DNA of 56,610 nt, the filler included, from Sphacelaria rigidula (Eukaryota), in NCBI GenBank assembly GCA_964200075.2. It is 4 parts of 4 records of this genome, joined end to end, with 100 filler letters (N's around TTAATTAATTAA, not from the genome) between each part and the next. Parts side by side here need not be neighbours in the genome. Positions count along the whole stretch, not along the records: positions 42,535 to 56,610 come from CAXNAA020002471.1; 3 more parts are not named here. One strand, given 5' to 3'. A program made the position numbers and the translations under genes. This document shows, piece after piece, positions 51,509 to 56,610 of this stretch. The notes beneath the pieces were generated by a model, which had not been told where the DNA came from, did not search any database, and was given only the letters and a program-made list of their open reading frames with translations. Position 1 is the first letter of the stretch. Each line of letters opens with the position of its first letter.

Positions 51509-53441
51509 GGGTCAAGTGCCAAAGGAGACACAACGGACAGCTGCATAGCCATCACATGATTTTTTCAACTGCATATAGACAACACTTTCTAGTCCGCCCA
51601 CTCCACTGTACAGACCGGTACACGACAGCAGTACAGCTGCTGAGGCACTCTCCAGCGCAGCTCCAACTACGCTTGACGAGGGCTCAAACGTTCAACAGCA
51701 CAGCGACAACTCAACTAGACATTAAAATGATGGGTGTGGGCAACGCCTTGTTCGTTTGACGGAAGATGAGACGGCCAACACACCATGAAGTTTTCAGCAG
51801 TGTGTAGAGAGAACTGCGTGCCTACTAACATCATCATTTTCTACAGCGACGAACACAACAGTGCGGTGGTAGCTCAGGTAGTCCCAGCGGAGACCAAATC
51901 GTCTCGGTAAGGTCTGAACACACCAAAGTTCAGTGACAGCTCAACAGCATGTGAGCGGGCGTGAGCGTGTTTGTGCTGAAGCACCAGCTCACACATGCGA
52001 ACACGGGTCATCACGAGCTAGCGGCAAAAACAGCAGCAGCAACGTAGCACGAAGACCGCCAGTGAACGTGTCGCACACGCTTGTGGGTTGCCAACACGTC
52101 CGCACAGCATTGTTCCCAATACACCGTCATGGTACAGTGCGGCACACACAACGGTGGTACCCGTACAGAGGTGATCGTCCGCAGATGTATTGACTTCACA
52201 GTGTTCGAAAGTATATACTCGTGTGCATGTGTCACGTAACCCCAAAGCCTGTGAACCCTTCGACATATGGGAGAAGACGGGGTTGCATGAAGATGGCATG
52301 CTAGCTGCATCTATTTGGGTGCTGTTTTTTTTAGCAAGCAGCTGTTCATTTACCCTTGTATCTTCCGACCCCGACACGGAGAGCAATCAGCGGTTTGCTG
52401 CTTCCACAATAGCGACGGTGTGTCCGCTACCAAACTGACTGTACAAACAGATAGTAGAGGTACTGTAAACACTCTCCTCCTTCAGTGCTATCGCCGTACT
52501 ACGGTACCAGTCAGCATCCAATCCCGCAAGGGAGCTATTACTCTATACGTACTGTGGTTCTACTGTTGTATAGTACATATAAAACCGTCTGCCGTTCACG
52601 TGGGTGCTTGAACTCTCCGAAAAAACACGCACAGATACGGAAGTTACGTTGCATTTCCATGCTAGTCTGTGCGCATTGTCGGTACCCCTACTACAATGTA
52701 CACACAGCAGCCTTCGTTTGACGGAGAGTCGTTTGGAGTGGTGTTGGATGAGGGCCAGCCGTGTTTTGTTTTGTTTTATGGCGCAACAAAATTTGCTCAA
52801 GATGGAGTCATAGACCGTCTTATCTACATGGATGGGTGCATATTTTTGTTCCGGAGATGGTGGGTATTACACAAAGTGCATAGCGTAACAGATCTACAAG
52901 AGTGTATAGAGCTCAACATTCCACCATACCGGTACACACAGTGCAATTGGATAGATAGGTGAGGCCGGAGAGCGCACATCGCACAGCATTTTGGCAGCGC
53001 ACGTACCTCAGACCAGCCGTTATTGGCCGATGGGTGTGCAGGGTAGGTGGCGGTGGTGGTTCGTGGCGCTAACAAAAAACACTGGATTGCTGAGCATGGG
53101 TGCAGTGCGTCGTATCGGTAGTGTCAAGACTGAAAGGTTTTCAGATTCTGTGGGTCCACAAACAACCTGACCGTTCGTCCCAGATCATCTTTCGGGTTGT
53201 TCCTGCGGAACGATAGAGGACAGTGACAGTTTCCTCCTCTTCAGTCCGAGCGTCTAGTGTGAAACACTCTTCCGAAAAGGATCATTTTCTATTTGGGTCA
53301 AGTATGGAAAACCTGGAAACAATCGTCTTGATCACAGCATGCAGCGGCGAGACATTACGCTACTAAAAAATAGGACATCCCGGGTCCTCAACCAAAGCCT
53401 TCGTTTCTGTGTTAATACCAGTGCCAAATCGTAGTGCTTAC

Positions 53442-53609
53442 GGAGTCTGTATCGCGCAGGAGCAGGGCCAGCTGAACCGCGTCCTCGAGCGCCATGTTGG
53501 CCCCTTGACCTAACGACGGCCGTCCCGGGTGGGCCGCGTCACCGACCAGGGCGCAATAAAACTCATCGCTTCGGACGCCGGATACAAATGAACGTAACGC
53601 AGGTCGATC
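53442..53609 (-). CDS. FAD-dependent monooxygenase exon with GD motif
   Basis: atccag| DRPALRSF...ALVGDAAHPGRPSLGQGANMALEDAVQLALLLRDTDS |gtaagc; FAD_binding_3 fingerprint. Confidence 0.93.
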
Positions 53610-53952
53610 CTGGATGTGAAACATGCGGGGAATGTCGGCAAAACAGATGTCGTAGTTAGTGGGGACGGGGTTTTGGCGACTGGCGACCTGTGCGGAATCA
53701 TTGCGGTACTTACCGCCAGTAAGGCCCCCACACATGCAGCGGAACCGTTTTACTCTAAAGCAGTCATGTCACAGTCTTACGGTGTTTCAGATTCGCAGTG
53801 CCCCATACAGGGAACTTCCAGAGAGATGAACCACCTGCGCATCAGGGATTCTCCAGCAGACACGTCCATCAGCGTACATCTGCCTTTAAACTAAAAGCGC
53901 CGGCAGATGCTTACGATCAGATTTGGTGCGAAAACTGCCGTGGCCAGTTCAC

Positions 53953-54087
53953 CTCGATGCGACGCCGATGAATCTGGTTTGGAGGCGTCGCGTCGACCAG
54001 ATCTACCAGACCCGGGCACTCCTCCCCAAACTTTCTCTTCACGAACTCTCGCACCTCCTCGTGCCGGCTGCTCAGCTCCATCGCCTC
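53953..54087 (-). CDS. FAD-dependent monooxygenase exon
   Basis: ttcag| EAMELSSRHEEVREFVKRKFGEECPGLVDLVDATPPNQIHRRRIE |gtgaac; 135 nt, phase 0-0. Confidence 0.8.
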
Positions 54088-55577
54088 CTGAACAACGATC
54101 GTATTCCAAGGCACGCCGCAGATGATGCGCACAGGTACGTTGAGGAACATTGACTACGTTCGTGAGGGTGCCTCTACTCTGAATTGTGAACTACTGCTCC
54201 AAGTTGGCGTAGTTCACGACGCGAGGGAGCTCGTTTGCAGGGGATGTTCGAGACAGTGGCAAAAAAGGCATCGGAGCATTCATGGATGCTGTGACCGCGA
54301 GACTATGCTCTTTCGCTTGGTATTCCTTTTCTCCTCGATAAATTTCCGACTCCCAGACAAGACGCCGCATCGAATTCACGTAGCTTTTACCATGCAACGA
54401 CCCTGCAGTCACCAGTCCCAAAGGGTGTAAACACGGCATCTCGCGCAAGGTAAACTGGTTGATACCAACGAGTCGGGAGCTACCTTTCCATTCGCTGCAA
54501 TTGCCGTCCTTTGCCAAGCCTTTCACCATGAGCACATCGCACTTCTACACAACGTGTGCTTCGTGCTTACTGCAATATATACCTGCCGCAAATGCATTCT
54601 CGACGACAGCTGTACCACTCCATCGTATCTCCGGTGAGGGATAAACAGCTATCTCCGAATCCATGGGAAACCGCATCAATACTTTCGACAAATCCGCAGG
54701 CATATTTTTTCCGCCATAGCGAGAAGCCCGACTATCGGTCCTGGCACCAACTCTCATTGTTTCCTCAAATAGAAGGGAAAAGGCGCTCGTATATCAAGAA
54801 ATAAAACTGCCATGTATAGCGAGCCTCTGAACTGAAATTGGCTCGAGGAACAAGAGTATGTTGCTAGATTCGGAGGGAGGATGTTAACTTTCGGGAGAAT
54901 ACAACAGTCGACCGTGGATGAGAGAAATCGAACTGACATGAAGAATAAAATAAGAGCGGTCAGCCGAAATTTCGAAATTTCTCCGAGACCATCCACACCC
55001 CCACAATAAGAGGGAAGGAAAATATCTGATCCCAACATCAACTAACGAGCACACATGCACTCCAGGTCATTCCTACAGCTGTTGCATTTGCCCGAAGAGT
55101 ACTTCCAACTAATCAAACTCAAAATACACCACGGCCCAACACAAGTTATGCCTTAATGTTCCTCCCCACCAGAAAAAGACCCTGGTACAAGCATGGCGCC
55201 TTCGCACCAATGTGCAGGACCTCCGGGTATGATCATTCGAAATGTGGTGATCAGGGCTGTCTATCGTGTATCCGCGGATTCGCTGATTGCTCGTGGGCGG
55301 TAAGACACACATCATGGCGTTGCAGATCAACTCTACATCTCCAGGTGTACTTGTCATTTTTCAGTGAGTTCATGTACTGTGCGCCAATGTGCACGTGGTT
55401 TTACTTCTATCTTAATCCACGAAGGTCCTTGCAGTGAAGATATTAAAACTTCGTGATTCACAGGCTCTAGCTTCCCTTTTGCTCAAGGTCCAGGGAATTT
55501 GAGGGTGTGGGGGATGAGCGCAAGTGCGGACGTGTTGGCCCCTCGGCAGCAGTGCCTGCACCCCACTGTCCTCTTAC

Positions 55578-55765
55578 CATACGGTCGTCGCCTGTCAAAG
55601 CCACCGCCCAGTAAGTGTGGTCTCCCACCGGCATGAGAGAAGCCGCCTTGCCGGGTTCGCTCATGAAAAACGTGTGTATCCGGGATCGGAGGAGTACAGG
55701 GCATGCGACGTGCCCGACGATGCCGAACACCCACACGCACTCTGCATCCCGCGGCAAGGCAGAAT
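55578..55765 (-). CDS. FAD-dependent monooxygenase exon
   Basis: aaatag| (D)SALPRDAECVWVFGIV...SLMPVGDHTYWAVALTGDDRM |gtaaga. Phase 1 to 0, matching both neighbours. Confidence 0.82.
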
Positions 55766-56135
55766 CTATTTTTCAGGAGCCCGAGCGTGGGGTGGTAAAA
55801 ATCACCCCGGAAGTAGGAGCGGGTAGGACGAGGGGGGCGGGAGAAAGGGTGGAGGGGAACTCGACAATGTAGATATCAAACGGGAATATTTAATAGAAAA
55901 CCCAGCGATTACGGCAGCGGTATAAAGAGGTGAAATCCTGGCAGATGATGACTCTTGTTGTGCAAAAAGATCCCTGTATTCAACTTCACGTGACACCATG
56001 GCCGCTCCGTCTCTCAATTGCATCACAGAAGCGTTTTCTCTAGACCACACACCCATATACAGTTCACGCCATGATGATCACCCGAGACACACTGCATTGC
56101 ACTGCAAGCACGCCCTTGTGTTGCACCATATATAC

Positions 56136-56461
56136 CTCCCAGATGTTGTCGAATTACGCTCTTCAGACCGTCCGCACCAACGACGAAGTCTGCCGTAACG
56201 ACGTCCCTCTTGCCCCCTTCCTGAGACGTGAGCACCAGCACCGCTTGTTTGTTGCCCTCTTCCTGCCCCAAGACGGGGCTGACGGATCGGCACGACACGC
56301 CGGAGACCAGCTCGCAGCCGTGGCGTAGGGCGGAGCGACGAAGCGCATTGTACAGGCTCAGAGAGCGGACGCAGAGCATTGGGTGTCCGAAGGCCTCCCG
56401 CTCACGGCAGTAGTCTATGTTCGTCGCTTCCGAGGTGGTGTACATTCGTTCTTCGATCACG
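56136..56461 (-). CDS. FAD-dependent monooxygenase, first visible exon (5' part missing from contig)
   Basis: Acceptor tgtacag; contains the DG motif ADFVVGADGLKSVIR of flavoprotein hydroxylases; donor gtatat (phase 1). Confidence 0.88.
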
Positions 56462-56610
56462 CTGTACATTGGAAAAAGGTGCAGTACCGCGGGAGTGTAT
56501 AGAAAAAACGTTGGGTATTGCGGGTGGGGGGGGGGGGGGGGGGGGGGGGCGTTTGTTTTGCTGGCGGGCGAGCGTGAAGGCCCAGCGCCACCGCTCCCCT
56601 TTGGGTGGGC

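Noticed and set aside
51862-51910. tRNA-like A-box GGTAGCTCAGGTAG
   Set aside because: No B-box or cloverleaf follows.

Overview
Eukaryotic, intron- and MITE-rich DNA, most consistent with a brown alga (inferred from splice-site style and repeat content, not proven). The window is not one locus: three 100-nt N/TTAATTAATTAA/N linkers join four contigs of 14079, 14078, 14077 and 14076 nt, i.e. a length-sorted concatenation. Contig 1 (1-14079): foldback MITEs, a tRNA-like head and a possible decayed spliced gene on the minus strand. Contig 2 (14180-28257): an array built from the 15-mer GACGACTCSACCACT, organised into 1000-bp and about 710-bp units. Almost every unit carries a candidate phase-1/phase-1 exon (YAG ... 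GT[G/A]AG) encoding (DDSTT)n, while the 'introns' are decayed copies of the same repeat. Contig 3 (28358-42434): a LINE RT fragment, 11 copies of a TGT..ACA, 4-bp-TSD MITE carrying TTAGGG repeats, other MITEs, and three exons that each encode a six-cysteine module. Contig 4 (42535-56610): a 5'-truncated FAD-dependent monooxygenase gene (five exons, minus strand), an internally deleted mariner element, a hAT/P-like MITE and piggyBac-like mini-elements. The most novel candidates are the DDSTT exon array, the telomere-repeat MITE cluster and the six-cysteine exon modules.
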